From Candidatus Aenigmatarchaeota archaeon (lineage in GTDB: Archaea > Aenigmatarchaeota > Aenigmatarchaeia > CG10238-14 > SpSt-28): DNA of 64,000 nucleotides. The notes beneath the pieces are model-generated. The model did not search any database. It was not told the DNA's origin and worked only from the letters and a program-made list of their open reading frames with translations. The DNA is taken from NCBI GenBank assembly GCA_038997165.1, contig JAWBAK010000001.1, positions 128,001-192,000 on the forward strand. Reading direction: 5' to 3'. A program made the translations under genes and the position numbers. This document shows positions 1-9,221 of the stretch, piece after piece (position 1 is the stretch's first letter; the number at the start of each line of letters is the position of its first letter).

Positions 1-397
1 TAATCCAAAGACGAAATAATTCTATTGAAAAAAATAAAGATAATAAAATAGATGGTAAAAAGATTAAAAATATAATCGCATATAGAATCAAATGTACTAA
101 AAATACTTTAAAATAATAGTTCTTTAAACCATCTCTTATAATTTTTTTATATTCGATTTTCTTTCTTTTTATTTTTAGATGACTAGCTAAAACTAAAGAA
201 GTAAAAATTATAGGAGTGTAAAGAAATAAAAAGATTACATAAAAAAGAGAGATAAAGCTAGAAAAATATTCTAAATAAATTGCAAGATTAAAAATTATTA
301 GGAAAAAAAGAAATGGTAAATGTAATAACAATGAAAATAAGAATATTTCTTTATTAAATATGCTATCGATTCCATACCTTACACTCTCTGAAATCAT
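1..397 (-). CDS. Hypothetical multi-pass membrane protein (partial, runs off window start)
   Basis: Manual translation from ATG 397 (ATGA overlap with ppa stop): [29 protein letters not shown]..., open to position 1, with hydrophobic stretches. Not in the ORF track. Confidence 0.7.
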   Translation of the reverse strand, partial: MISESVRYGIDSIFNKEIFLFSLLLHLPFLFFLIIFNLAIYLEYFSSFISLFYVIFLFLYTPIIFTSLVLASHLKIKRKKIEYKKIIRDGLKNYYFKVFLVHLILYAIIFLIFLPSILLSLFFSIELFRLWI

Positions 398-915
398 ATT
401 TTACTCACTTTTTTTAAATATTCTAAAGTGAAATTTAAATCTTTCCATTCTTTTACTTTTACCCATTTTCCTGGTTCCAATTCTTTGTAATGTTCAAAAA
501 AATGCTTTATTTCATTTTTTAGTGCTTCAGGAATATCTTTCAAATCTTTTATAAAGCTAAATGTTGGATCTATTTTTTCACTTAATACAGCAATTAATTT
601 TTCATCTTTTCCTTTTTCGTCTTCCATTTCCAATAATGAAACAGGTCTAGCTTTTACTATTGTACCAACTTGTAAAGGTAAAGAAGAAATAACTAAACAA
701 TCTAAAGGATCTCCATCTTCGCATAATGTAGAAGGTATAAATCCATAATCTAATGGATAATGCATACTAGTATACAAAATTCTATCTAGCACAAATGCTT
801 CTAATTCTTCATCATACTCATATTTCAATTTACTTCCTCTAGAAATTTCAATCACTACATATATTTCGTTTGGAAATTTATCTTTTGGGCCTGGAGGCAA
901 TTTTTTTAGATTCAT
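394..915 (-). CDS. ppa: Inorganic pyrophosphatase (family I)
   Basis: [33 protein letters not shown] and [16 protein letters not shown] motifs. Confidence 0.97.
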   Translation of the reverse strand: MNLKKLPPGPKDKFPNEIYVVIEISRGSKLKYEYDEELEAFVLDRILYTSMHYPLDYGFIPSTLCEDGDPLDCLVISSLPLQVGTIVKARPVSLLEMEDEKGKDEKLIAVLSEKIDPTFSFIKDLKDIPEALKNEIKHFFEHYKELEPGKWVKVKEWKDLNFTLEYLKKVSKI

Positions 916-948
916 AAATACAATATATTTAAAGAAATAAATAAATTT

Positions 949-1359
949 ATGGAAGTTGAAGAAAAAATAAAAAAAGTTCCTGTTTTTATAAAAATTGAAA
1001 GATACAAAGATTTGATAGACATTTTAAACTCATTACAATTAGAAAGTTTAAAACTTAAAAATTATTTAGAAATATCGGCAAAAATAAAAGAATTAGAAAA
1101 AAATATAGTTTTAAAAGAAAAGGAAAGTGTTGAAAAAATAATAGAAAATTTGAAAAAAATTTTTGAAATGTTATTAGGAAAAAGAGAGGAATCGAAAGAA
1201 ATTAACGAATTAAAAGAAAGATTGGAAGAAGTTAAAACATCTTTAGAGGAAATATCAAAAAAAGTTGAAGAAAAAGAAAAAAAGGTTGAGGAAATTGAAA
1301 TAAAAAGTAGTGATTTAAAAGAAGAAATCGATGTAATAAGAGAATACAAGCCCAAATAA
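949..1359 (+). CDS. Hypothetical coiled-coil protein
   Basis: 136-aa E/K-rich heptad ORF with an N-terminal PVFIKIERY segment. Confidence 0.7.
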   Translation: MEVEEKIKKVPVFIKIERYKDLIDILNSLQLESLKLKNYLEISAKIKELEKNIVLKEKESVEKIIENLKKIFEMLLGKREESKEINELKERLEEVKTSLEEISKKVEEKEKKVEEIEIKSSDLKEEIDVIREYKPK

Positions 1360-1384
1360 ATTTTAAAAATAAGAAATTTTTCTT

Positions 1385-1624
1385 ATGAATGATTTGATTT
1401 TTATTATTGGCTTAGGTTTAATTTTTATTGGAATATTCCTTATAATTTTATCAGTATTTTTGAATAGTAAAAAAGAGGCAAAAAGTGAAAGTGGATTTGT
1501 AATAGTTGTTTGGCCTTTTTTTGTTGCTGGTGGAAATGAAAAAATCGTACCAATTTTATTGATCTTAGCTATAATTTTATCGATTATTTTGTTTGTTCTT
1601 TTTATTCTTAAAGTTTTTCATTAA
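1385..1624 (+). CDS. TIGR00304/DUF131-like small membrane protein, copy 1
   Basis: Two TM helices around SESGFVIVVWPFFVAGG; near-identical to 4291-4518. Confidence 0.75.
   Translation: MNDLIFIIGLGLIFIGIFLIILSVFLNSKKEAKSESGFVIVVWPFFVAGGNEKIVPILLILAIILSIILFVLFILKVFH
1409..1588 (+). repeat. Direct repeat, left arm of duplicated block (partner about 4312-4491)
   Basis: About 180 bp near-identical within the two DUF131 genes, offset 2903. Confidence 0.9.
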
Positions 1625-2593
1625 TTTTTCAGAGATGTATATTTCTTTAAATTTATAATCTAAAAGTTTTTCAAAATTTTTAATTCCGCTATCTCCAAAA
1701 TTTAATTTTTTAGCAATTTTTAATATTTTTTCTTTACTATCTAATTCAAATAATTCATAAAATCCCTCTTCATAGATTCTTCTAGCAATATATAAATTTT
1801 TAAATGGGTGTTGAATAAAGACTAAAAAAATATAAAATGGATATCTCATCCAAATGTTTTTGGGTTTGTTAAAAAGAGTAGTGTATATTTCTAGCATAGT
1901 TAAATAAATTAAAAAAGATAAAAAGAAAAATAGATAACTATATCTAGAAAATTTTGAAAATAGCTTATAATACTTAAATTTTTCAGATACAGAAGTTTCA
2001 ATTCCTTCAGAAGATAAAACTGATGCATAAAGTAATTTAGCTGGAGATTGAAATGATTCGATTTTAGTATATTTTATGAGATATCTTGTATAGATATCCT
2101 TAAAAGCTTCTTCTTTTCCAGTGCTTATAAAGTATTCTTTATAATCTAATTTTTTATAATTCTTAGTTTTGACACTCATAACCCAGTGAATCATTCCTAA
2201 TGGATATGCAACGTTTTTCTTAAATAATCTAAATAAATGAACATCTCTAAAAATTTTATACGCATCGTATTTATCATTAATTAATTTTCTTAAATCTTTT
2301 AGTAATTTCTTATTTGGGAAATCATCTGCATCTAATTGAAGAATCCAATCATATTTACATTCATTAATTCCAATTTTATAATAAAAATCAGCTATTCCAA
2401 TAGGAGGTAGCCAAACTACTTTAACTTTCTTATATTTTTTTGATAAATTTTTCATTAACTTTTTTTGATTTTTATCGGTAGAACTATCTATAATTACTAT
2501 TTCATCGACATATGGATAAAGAAGTTCTACCTTAGGTTTTATTAATTCATATTCATTTATTGAAAAAATTAATGCTGAAATTTTACTTTTCAC
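1577..2593 (-). CDS. Glycosyltransferase family 2, copy 1
   Basis: GT-A motifs DEIVIIDSS and WILQLDADD; C-terminal hydrophobic segment. Confidence 0.88.
   Translation of the reverse strand: MKSKISALIFSINEYELIKPKVELLYPYVDEIVIIDSSTDKNQKKLMKNLSKKYKKVKVVWLPPIGIADFYYKIGINECKYDWILQLDADDFPNKKLLKDLRKLINDKYDAYKIFRDVHLFRLFKKNVAYPLGMIHWVMSVKTKNYKKLDYKEYFISTGKEEAFKDIYTRYLIKYTKIESFQSPAKLLYASVLSSEGIETSVSEKFKYYKLFSKFSRYSYLFFFLSFLIYLTMLEIYTTLFNKPKNIWMRYPFYIFLVFIQHPFKNLYIARRIYEEGFYELFELDSKEKILKIAKKLNFGDSGIKNFEKLLDYKFKEIYISEKLMKNFKNKKNKQNNR
2252..2584 (-). repeat. Direct repeat, right arm of duplicated block (partner about 5153-5485)
   Basis: About 330 bp near-identical 5' parts of the two GT2 genes, offset 2901. 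Confidence 0.9.
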
Positions 2594-3252
2594 TTTCTAA
2601 CAACAATAATTGCATGATCCTTTTGATATGGATCTAACTCGACTCTTTCAATTATTTTTAGATTTCTTTCTTTCAAATAATTTTCAACTTCCCTATAAAC
2701 TTCTTTAGGTTTTTTAGTAACATCTATACTTCTAGATTTTATAGCTATCATTCCATAGCAATTCTCTTTTCCAAACTTTTCAATATTATCTACAAAAATT
2801 CTTGGCTCATCTTGCTGAGCAACATCGCAATAAACAAAATCTACTTTTTCTAAAATTAAAAAAGAATAAGTTTCTGGTTTTCTTGCATCTGCTAATATAG
2901 GAACTATGTTTTTTCTTTTTTCTGCTAATATCTTTAATTTTGCCAAAGGAATTTCACTAACTTCAATTCCATATATAATTCCGTTAATAGCTATATCGCT
3001 AAAATGAGAAGCAGTAGTTCCGCTAGCAATTCCTAAATATAAAATTTTGGAATTTTTAGTTATTGGAAAATTTTTTAATCCATTTTTTAGTGCAGCAGCT
3101 GGTTTAGACCTATAATGATCCCAAAATCTATATTCTTCGTTATTTATCTTTACTAATTTTTCCCCATATACACTTTCCCCTTTAACTAAATTTTTTGTAT
3201 AGTAATCATTATTTATCTTATATACACCTTCAAATATTTCTTTTATTTTCAT
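2590..3252 (-). CDS. flpA: Fibrillarin-like rRNA/tRNA 2'-O-methyltransferase
   Basis: VYGEKL, YRFWDHYRSK, ILYLGIASGTTASH, DVAQ, LDPYQKDH. Confidence 0.97.
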   Translation of the reverse strand: MKIKEIFEGVYKINNDYYTKNLVKGESVYGEKLVKINNEEYRFWDHYRSKPAAALKNGLKNFPITKNSKILYLGIASGTTASHFSDIAINGIIYGIEVSEIPLAKLKILAEKRKNIVPILADARKPETYSFLILEKVDFVYCDVAQQDEPRIFVDNIEKFGKENCYGMIAIKSRSIDVTKKPKEVYREVENYLKERNLKIIERVELDPYQKDHAIIVVRK

Positions 3253-4262
3253 TTTTCTGATAATATTTCTTTTATTCTTGCATCTAATTCTTCTTTTAAT
3301 TTTTCATTTTTTCTTTTACTAAAATAATCTAATTTAGCTGCTTTTGCTAAATAATTAGCTAAAACTCTTGAAACTTTTCCTCTTAATTTTTTTGGTGCTT
3401 GCTGAATATATGGATGAATAAATATGTATCCATGCTTAGGGCTTTTTCCTTTACCTCTTAAAAATCTAAACAATGCTTTTTCTGCTCCAACTAATTGAAT
3501 TCTTGTAGATGGACTTTTTGCAATTTTTTCTAAACTTCCAATTCCTTTTATTAGTTTTGCTGCCAATTTATAGCCAGCAAGCATAGTTAAATTTGGAGCA
3601 TATTCGCTAACAATTTTTTCTAATCTTTTTTCTAATTCATTATTAAATTCAATTAAATCTAAAATCTTTGAAGCAAAGGATTTTATAAATTCTAATAATT
3701 CGTCACTTATTTCACTTCCAACACTTTTTAAAGCTAATTCTTTATCTACACTTTCTCTTTTTGGATTTTTTGCCAGGTTTTTAACAAATTTTTCTAATGA
3801 AGTTTCTTTTTCGACATATTCTGGAAAATATATTTGATAAATTCTTCTTAATCTTTCTACCAATAAATTGATAATTTTTTCATTATCTTCTATCGCTTGA
3901 ATTAATTGAGAAATTATTCTATCTAATACTCTTTGCTCAGCCTCTAATTTTAATAATTTTTCACTAATTTTTTTACTTCTTTCAATAATTTCTTCTCTTG
4001 AAAATTTCAAATTATTTACTAGAAAATTTAAAATTGTTTCGCTAAAATCTTTTGGTTCATACTTATAACCAAATTTTGGGTATGTAAAAATAATTTCTTC
4101 GCCTAAATCTTTAATAAATTCTTTTTCAAAATCACTTAATTCTTCTTTTTTAATTTCTAAGATTAAATTTATTTGATTTTCATCAAAGAGTTTATACTTT
4201 ACTATTTCGTTTTTTTCATTAATTGCATAAATTCCTATTGCATTTATTGAAATGTATATCAT
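3249..4262 (-). CDS. nop5: C/D-box sRNP core protein Nop5 (Nop56/58)
   Basis: APNLT, IQLVGAEKALF, SPKHGYIF, RGKVSR; adjacent to fibrillarin. Confidence 0.95.
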   Translation of the reverse strand: MIYISINAIGIYAINEKNEIVKYKLFDENQINLILEIKKEELSDFEKEFIKDLGEEIIFTYPKFGYKYEPKDFSETILNFLVNNLKFSREEIIERSKKISEKLLKLEAEQRVLDRIISQLIQAIEDNEKIINLLVERLRRIYQIYFPEYVEKETSLEKFVKNLAKNPKRESVDKELALKSVGSEISDELLEFIKSFASKILDLIEFNNELEKRLEKIVSEYAPNLTMLAGYKLAAKLIKGIGSLEKIAKSPSTRIQLVGAEKALFRFLRGKGKSPKHGYIFIHPYIQQAPKKLRGKVSRVLANYLAKAAKLDYFSKRKNEKLKEELDARIKEILSEK

Positions 4263-4290
4263 AAAAATATAACAGCATAAATTTAAAATT

Positions 4291-4518
4291 ATGGATACTT
4301 TGTTTTTAATAGGCTTAGGTTTAATTTTTATTGGAATATTCCTTATAATTTTATCAGTATTTTTGAATAGTAAAAAGGAAGCAAAAAGTGAAAGTGGGTT
4401 TGTAATAGTTGTTTGGCCTTTTTTTGTTGCTGGTGGAAATGAAAAAGTTGTACCAATTTTATTGATCTTAGCTATAATTCTATCGATTATTCTTTTTGCA
4501 TTTTTTCTCTTAAAATAG
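4291..4518 (+). CDS. TIGR00304/DUF131-like small membrane protein, copy 2
   Basis: Near-identical paralog of 1385-1624. Confidence 0.75.
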   Translation: MDTLFLIGLGLIFIGIFLIILSVFLNSKKEAKSESGFVIVVWPFFVAGGNEKVVPILLILAIILSIILFAFFLLK

Positions 4519-5494
4519 CTTCCTTTAATCCGTTATTTAATAGTTTTTTAAAATTTTCTAAACTATTGTTATCTAAATTTAATCTTTTTGATAATTTTAA
4601 TACTTCTTTTTTATTTTCTATTTTTAAGAATTTAAAAATTCCCATTTTGTATTGAAAATTATAAATTAAGTATTTATAATGAAAATTCTGAAAAATTTTA
4701 AAAAGAAATAGAGTCGAATATTTTATCCAATTTACATTAAATTTTTTCTCTCTTTTTATTAATAAAATAACATAAGAATAGTTTCATAGTATTATCAAAA
4801 TAGCAAAGCCAAATTTACCTAATTTGAATAAATAATTTACAAATTTTTTAATTGCATTAAAGTATTTTGGATATTCAAACCATAAATACGCATTTCTATT
4901 AAAGAAAAAAAGTATTTTTGTTCCAATCTGGTATAATTCTATAGTATTATATATAGTTACCTTTTCTATAAGATTTTCACGTCTTATGTTTCTGTACTTA
5001 TGTTCTATGAAGTATTTTCTAGGATTCAATTCTATATAATTTTTTGAAGAAGATGCCATTACCCAATGAATTAGTCCAGTTGGATATGCAACATCTTTCT
5101 TAATTAATCTAAATAGAAATTCTCTAGATTCTTTATCCCTATACTTTCTATAAATCTTATATGCATCATATTTATCATTAATTAATTTTCTTAAATCTTT
5201 TAGTAATTTCTTATTTGGGAAATCATCTGCATCTAATTGAAGAATCCAATCATATTTACATTCATTAATTCCAATTTTATAATAAAAATCAGCTATTCCA
5301 ATAGGAGGTAGCCAAACTACTTTAACTTTCTTGTATTTTTTTGATAAATTTTTCATTAACTTTTTTTGATTTTTATCGGTAGAGCTATCTATAATTACTA
5401 TTTCATCAACATATGGATAAAGAAGTTCTACTTTAGGTTTTACTAATTCATATTCGTTTATTGAAAAAATTAATGCTGAAATCTTTCTATGCAT
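4487..5494 (-). pseudogene. Glycosyltransferase family 2, copy 2, with a single in-frame TGA at 4784-4786
   Basis: Start MHRKISALIF (ATG 5494). The frame continues 98 codons past the TGA to TAA at 4487 and aligns with the copy-1 C-terminus; 335 aa if read through. Confidence 0.8.
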
Positions 5495-5620
5495 GAATAA
5501 ATATAAAGAAATACAAATTTTAAAATTGCCCATAGGCTTTTGGGGCCGATCCATTTATCATTTGAAATTTAAAAAGAAAAAACTTAAAAATTTAAATATT
5601 AAAATTTGGCAAACTAATTT

Positions 5621-6667
5621 ATGAAATTTATTATAGTCAGTAGATTAGAAAAAATTAAAAATATTGATATTGTTATAAAAGTTTTTAACAAATTAAAAGA
5701 CGATGAACTCTGGATAGTAGGAAAAGGAAAATATGAAAGCGAATTAAAAAAATTGGCTAAAGCAAAAAATATAAAATTTTTTGGTTTCGTTGATGAAAAA
5801 ACACTAAAAAAATTGTATAAAGAAGCAGATGTATGTATAATGCCACATATTAATGAACCCTTTGGATTAGTTCCATATGAAATAGCAAAATTTGGTAAAC
5901 CAAGTATTATTAGTAAATTAAGTGGAATCGCGGAATTAGCAAAAGAATATAAATTTGGATTAATTTTTGATCCTTATGATGAAAATGACCTATTAGAAAA
6001 AATTAAAACTATAAAAATTAAGAAGATTTATAAGCAACTAAGTAGAAATGCCAATAATCTTAAAAAGTATATTAATCCCAATACCGAATTTAAAAAATTT
6101 TTAGAACACATACCAAAAAACACTAAAAGAATTCTAATAATTCATTCTCAGTTCATTGAAATTGGTGGAGCAGAAAAATCAATAATAGGAATGTACGAAA
6201 AACTTAAAAGAATTTATAATTGTGAAATCTATTTTGAAATAGATAAGAATTATAAAAAATGGAAAATTTTATATAAATCGAAAATAAGGAAAATTGCGTA
6301 TATCTTTAGAATTTTTAACTCATTAAGCAATTTAATTAAAAAATTTAAAAATAATGATATAGTAATTGTTTCGCTAACTGGAAATATTTTATCTATACCA
6401 GCATATTGGTCAAGCTTAATTCTTGGTAATCTCATTAATAAAAAAATTATTATTTATTTACATGAACCACCACTGAGTTCTTGGTCCATCAGAAAAATCG
6501 AAAAAATTCTACTATTTCCAATAATTTTCTTAGACATTTTATTATCGAAAAATTTACTTCGAAATAATTTTACAATAATAGCAAATTCTGATTTTTCAAA
6601 AAAATATTTTATTAAAAGATATAAAAAAGCTATAAAAGACATTATATATCCAATTTTTCACTTATAA
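5621..6667 (+). CDS. GT4 (GT-B) glycosyltransferase with circularly permuted domain order
   Basis: Donor-binding domain first (VSRLEKIKN, WIVGKG, FFGFV, EPFGLVPYE), acceptor domain second (RILIIH, GGAEK, YLHEP, IANSDFSK, IIYP). Confidence 0.85.
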   Translation: MKFIIVSRLEKIKNIDIVIKVFNKLKDDELWIVGKGKYESELKKLAKAKNIKFFGFVDEKTLKKLYKEADVCIMPHINEPFGLVPYEIAKFGKPSIISKLSGIAELAKEYKFGLIFDPYDENDLLEKIKTIKIKKIYKQLSRNANNLKKYINPNTEFKKFLEHIPKNTKRILIIHSQFIEIGGAEKSIIGMYEKLKRIYNCEIYFEIDKNYKKWKILYKSKIRKIAYIFRIFNSLSNLIKKFKNNDIVIVSLTGNILSIPAYWSSLILGNLINKKIIIYLHEPPLSSWSIRKIEKILLFPIIFLDILLSKNLLRNNFTIIANSDFSKKYFIKRYKKAIKDIIYPIFHL

Positions 6668-6729
6668 AATTCTTTTGTTCCTTAGAGTATTAAATTTAAT
6701 TTCAAATTAAAAACGTTACTGTAAAATAG

Positions 6730-7563
6730 TTAAAAGAGTTTGGATTTAAAGTATAAAATATTTATATCAAGATATTCAACTGAAACAATTCCCTTAAGAT
6801 CAAACTCATTTTTAATAAATTTCCCAAATATTAATCTAGAAATCTCTAATGAATGACATTCTATAATCCATTCAGGAATTTGTTTTATTAAATCATTATC
6901 TACAGAAACTAGAAACTTTTCACAACCTTCGCAATCTATTTTAGCTATATCTACTTTTTCCTTAATTGCTTTTTCTAGAACTTCTTTCCAACTTATACAC
7001 TTAACTTTTATTTCTTTTGGTTTGTTTACTTTATTTTTAAATAGAGATAAGCCACTAGATTCATATTCGCTTTCTTCAATTATAAATTTCATTGTGCCAT
7101 TTTCTTTACAAACTGCATAAGGATATATTTCGCAGTTAATATTGAATTTTTTAATAATCTTATTAGCAAATTCTACATTTTCTTTGATTGGTTCGTATGC
7201 TATAATCCTTTTGGTTCCGAGCTTATGAAAAAGTAAAATGCTATCCCCTATCCATGCACCAACATCTAAAACAACTTTATTTTTAAATTTTATTTTAAAT
7301 TTTAAGTAATTCCTAGCATCAGAAAATACATATCCGCTTAATAAAGAAATTTTATTATACCTATTGTTAAGAAAATGAATTAATTCCAAATATTCTTTAA
7401 AAATTCTGTGCCCATCTTTAAAATAAATCTTTCCTTTCTTTTTACCTAAGCGCAACCCTATAAAATTCAACAGATTATTTATTACATATTCCTTTTTACT
7501 TATTGAGATTAAAACAAAAATATCTCGAAATAAATTTAAAATCTTTTTACTAAAAATTCTCAT
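6730..7563 (-). CDS. FkbM-family SAM methyltransferase
   Basis: VLDVGAWIG, AYEP, KIDCEGCE, IIECH. Confidence 0.9.
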   Translation of the reverse strand: MRIFSKKILNLFRDIFVLISISKKEYVINNLLNFIGLRLGKKKGKIYFKDGHRIFKEYLELIHFLNNRYNKISLLSGYVFSDARNYLKFKIKFKNKVVLDVGAWIGDSILLFHKLGTKRIIAYEPIKENVEFANKIIKKFNINCEIYPYAVCKENGTMKFIIEESEYESSGLSLFKNKVNKPKEIKVKCISWKEVLEKAIKEKVDIAKIDCEGCEKFLVSVDNDLIKQIPEWIIECHSLEISRLIFGKFIKNEFDLKGIVSVEYLDINILYFKSKLF

Positions 7564-7565
7564 TG

Positions 7566-8165
7566 CTACACCTTATTTTTTACTTCAATTAATTTTTCCA
7601 AAATCAAATTAACAGCTTCTTCAAATAATTCCTCTGGCTTATAAAAACTTGTTGTTTCAATATTAAAAATAAATTCTGAATCATTATAAGAATAACCACA
7701 ATTTCCTGCTTGCCATTTTGCATGCTCTTTTCCTAAACCAAGCTGAGCAATTGCTTCTAATTCTAATTCTTCATCTTCATTTAAATAAGTAATTGGAATT
7801 TTATCATATAATGGCTTAACTTTTTCATCACTACTTTTTAAATCTCCACTATAAACATATCCTGGTCCTTTTTTATAAAGATATAATTTTACTTGACATT
7901 TTACACAACCTTTTCCTTCGCAATCGCATTTATTTGGTAAAGTATGAAAATTTTTATCAAAAGTTAGTGGAATTAAACCTAATCTATGAGCAATTGCTTC
8001 ATCTGGCAAAACGCTATCGTTTTTATAAAAATCCACCCATTCAATAGCCATTGTAGGTATTTCTGCAATTATAACTCTTCTTATTATAGCTGCAATTCCT
8101 GGAGTAATTCCCTTTACTTTAAGTTTTATTTCATCTCTATTTTTTTCTATTACTTCAATTTCCAT
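7566..8165 (-). CDS. rpoD: DNA-directed RNA polymerase subunit D (Rpo3)
   Basis: IRRVIIAEIPTMAI, AHRLGLIPL, Cys cluster, GKEHAKWQ. Confidence 0.95.
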   Translation of the reverse strand: MEIEVIEKNRDEIKLKVKGITPGIAAIIRRVIIAEIPTMAIEWVDFYKNDSVLPDEAIAHRLGLIPLTFDKNFHTLPNKCDCEGKGCVKCQVKLYLYKKGPGYVYSGDLKSSDEKVKPLYDKIPITYLNEDEELELEAIAQLGLGKEHAKWQAGNCGYSYNDSEFIFNIETTSFYKPEELFEEAVNLILEKLIEVKNKV

Positions 8166-8196
8166 AAACTATTTCATTTAAACTTTAAATAATTAT

Positions 8197-8312
8197 GCGG
8201 GGGTCGCCTAGCCTGGACAAGGGCGGCGGGCTCAAGATAGAATTGAGCTTTGAATAGTGATAAGAAACCCGCTGGCTTAGTGCCTTCGTGGGTTCAAATC
8301 CCACCCCCCGCA
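8197..8312 (+). tRNA. tRNA-Leu(CAA) with a 30-nt intron at 37/38 (8237-8266)
   Basis: Acceptor GCGGGGG/CCCCCGC-A, anticodon stem GCGGG/CCCGC, CT-CAA-G, long variable arm, GTGGG-TTCAAAT-CCCAC. Confidence 0.9.
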
Positions 8313-8328
8313 AATTATTCAAAATTTT

Positions 8329-8808
8329 TTATATTTCTATGTTTTTAATTAAATAATAAGCTAAATATGTTTTCAAATCTTTAGATTCTTTTAGTTTTTC
8401 TACATCAAAAATTCTTATTTCTTTAATTTCTTTTCTATTAAAATCTCTAACTTTTTTCAAATCATATGCTAAGAAAAAATGAAACTTTTCATTAGAAATT
8501 CCAGGAGTAACATAAAAACTTCCAATTTTTTTAATTTTTCCAATATAGCCAGTTTCTTCTAACAATTCTCTTTTAGCAGCTATATATTCGCTTTCGTTCC
8601 TTTCTATTTTTCCAGCAGGTAATTCCCACAAATTTTTTCTAATAGGAAATCTATACTGTTTAACTAAAATTACCTTATCTTTATCTATTAAAGGTATTAT
8701 TACAACAGCTTTAGAAACTTTTATAAATTCTATAGTTTTGTTTTTTAATTCATAAACAAAAAAAGAAATTTTATTACCTTCAAATTTTAACTTTAGAAAT
8801 TTTTTCAT
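8329..8808 (-). CDS. NUDIX hydrolase (ADP-ribose pyrophosphatase-like)
   Basis: QYRFP, WELPAGKIE...AAKRELLEETGY Nudix box. Confidence 0.92.
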   Translation of the reverse strand: MKKFLKLKFEGNKISFFVYELKNKTIEFIKVSKAVVIIPLIDKDKVILVKQYRFPIRKNLWELPAGKIERNESEYIAAKRELLEETGYIGKIKKIGSFYVTPGISNEKFHFFLAYDLKKVRDFNRKEIKEIRIFDVEKLKESKDLKTYLAYYLIKNIEI

Positions 8809-9212
8809 TTTTTACCTAAAATTTCTATTATAACTTTTCTTTCTCTGCTTCTATCTAATTCGATAAGTAATATTCTTTGCCAAGTACCTCTTATTAACTC
8901 ATTATTTTTTATTGGAAAAATCAAAAATTGTTTTAAATAGGAAGATGCTAAATGTGCTGATGCATTATCATCTATAAAATTATGTCTCCAATTACCTTCA
9001 AAATCTTTTTTTATTTTTTCAATTATATCTTCTTTTAAATTTTCCTCATTTTCATTAGCTATTAAGCAAGTAGTTGCGTGTGGTAAAAATATTAAGCAAA
9101 TTCCCTCTTTAATATTTGAATTCCTTACAAAATTTTCTACTTCATTAGTTAAATCTACTATTTCATATTTTCTTTTTGTTTTAATGGTAAATTCTTTAAA
9201 AATAATTTCCAT
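8805..9212 (-). CDS. YjbQ/UPF0047 family protein
   Basis: PHATT, NENE, WRHN..DDNASAH, GTWQRILLIELD. Confidence 0.9.
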   Translation of the reverse strand: MEIIFKEFTIKTKRKYEIVDLTNEVENFVRNSNIKEGICLIFLPHATTCLIANENEENLKEDIIEKIKKDFEGNWRHNFIDDNASAHLASSYLKQFLIFPIKNNELIRGTWQRILLIELDRSRERKVIIEILGKK

Positions 9213-9221
9213 AAAAATTTA

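Noticed and set aside
4784..4786. Genome-wide TGA reassignment or selenocysteine
   Set aside because: TGA terminates conserved genes here (ppa, flpA, nop5, rfcS, pth2). The site is in a hydrophobic segment with no aligned Cys, and no convincing SECIS was seen.
5528..5552. C/D-box guide RNA near flpA-nop5
   Set aside because: No proper box C (RUGAUGA) and box D (CUGA) pair flanks the element.
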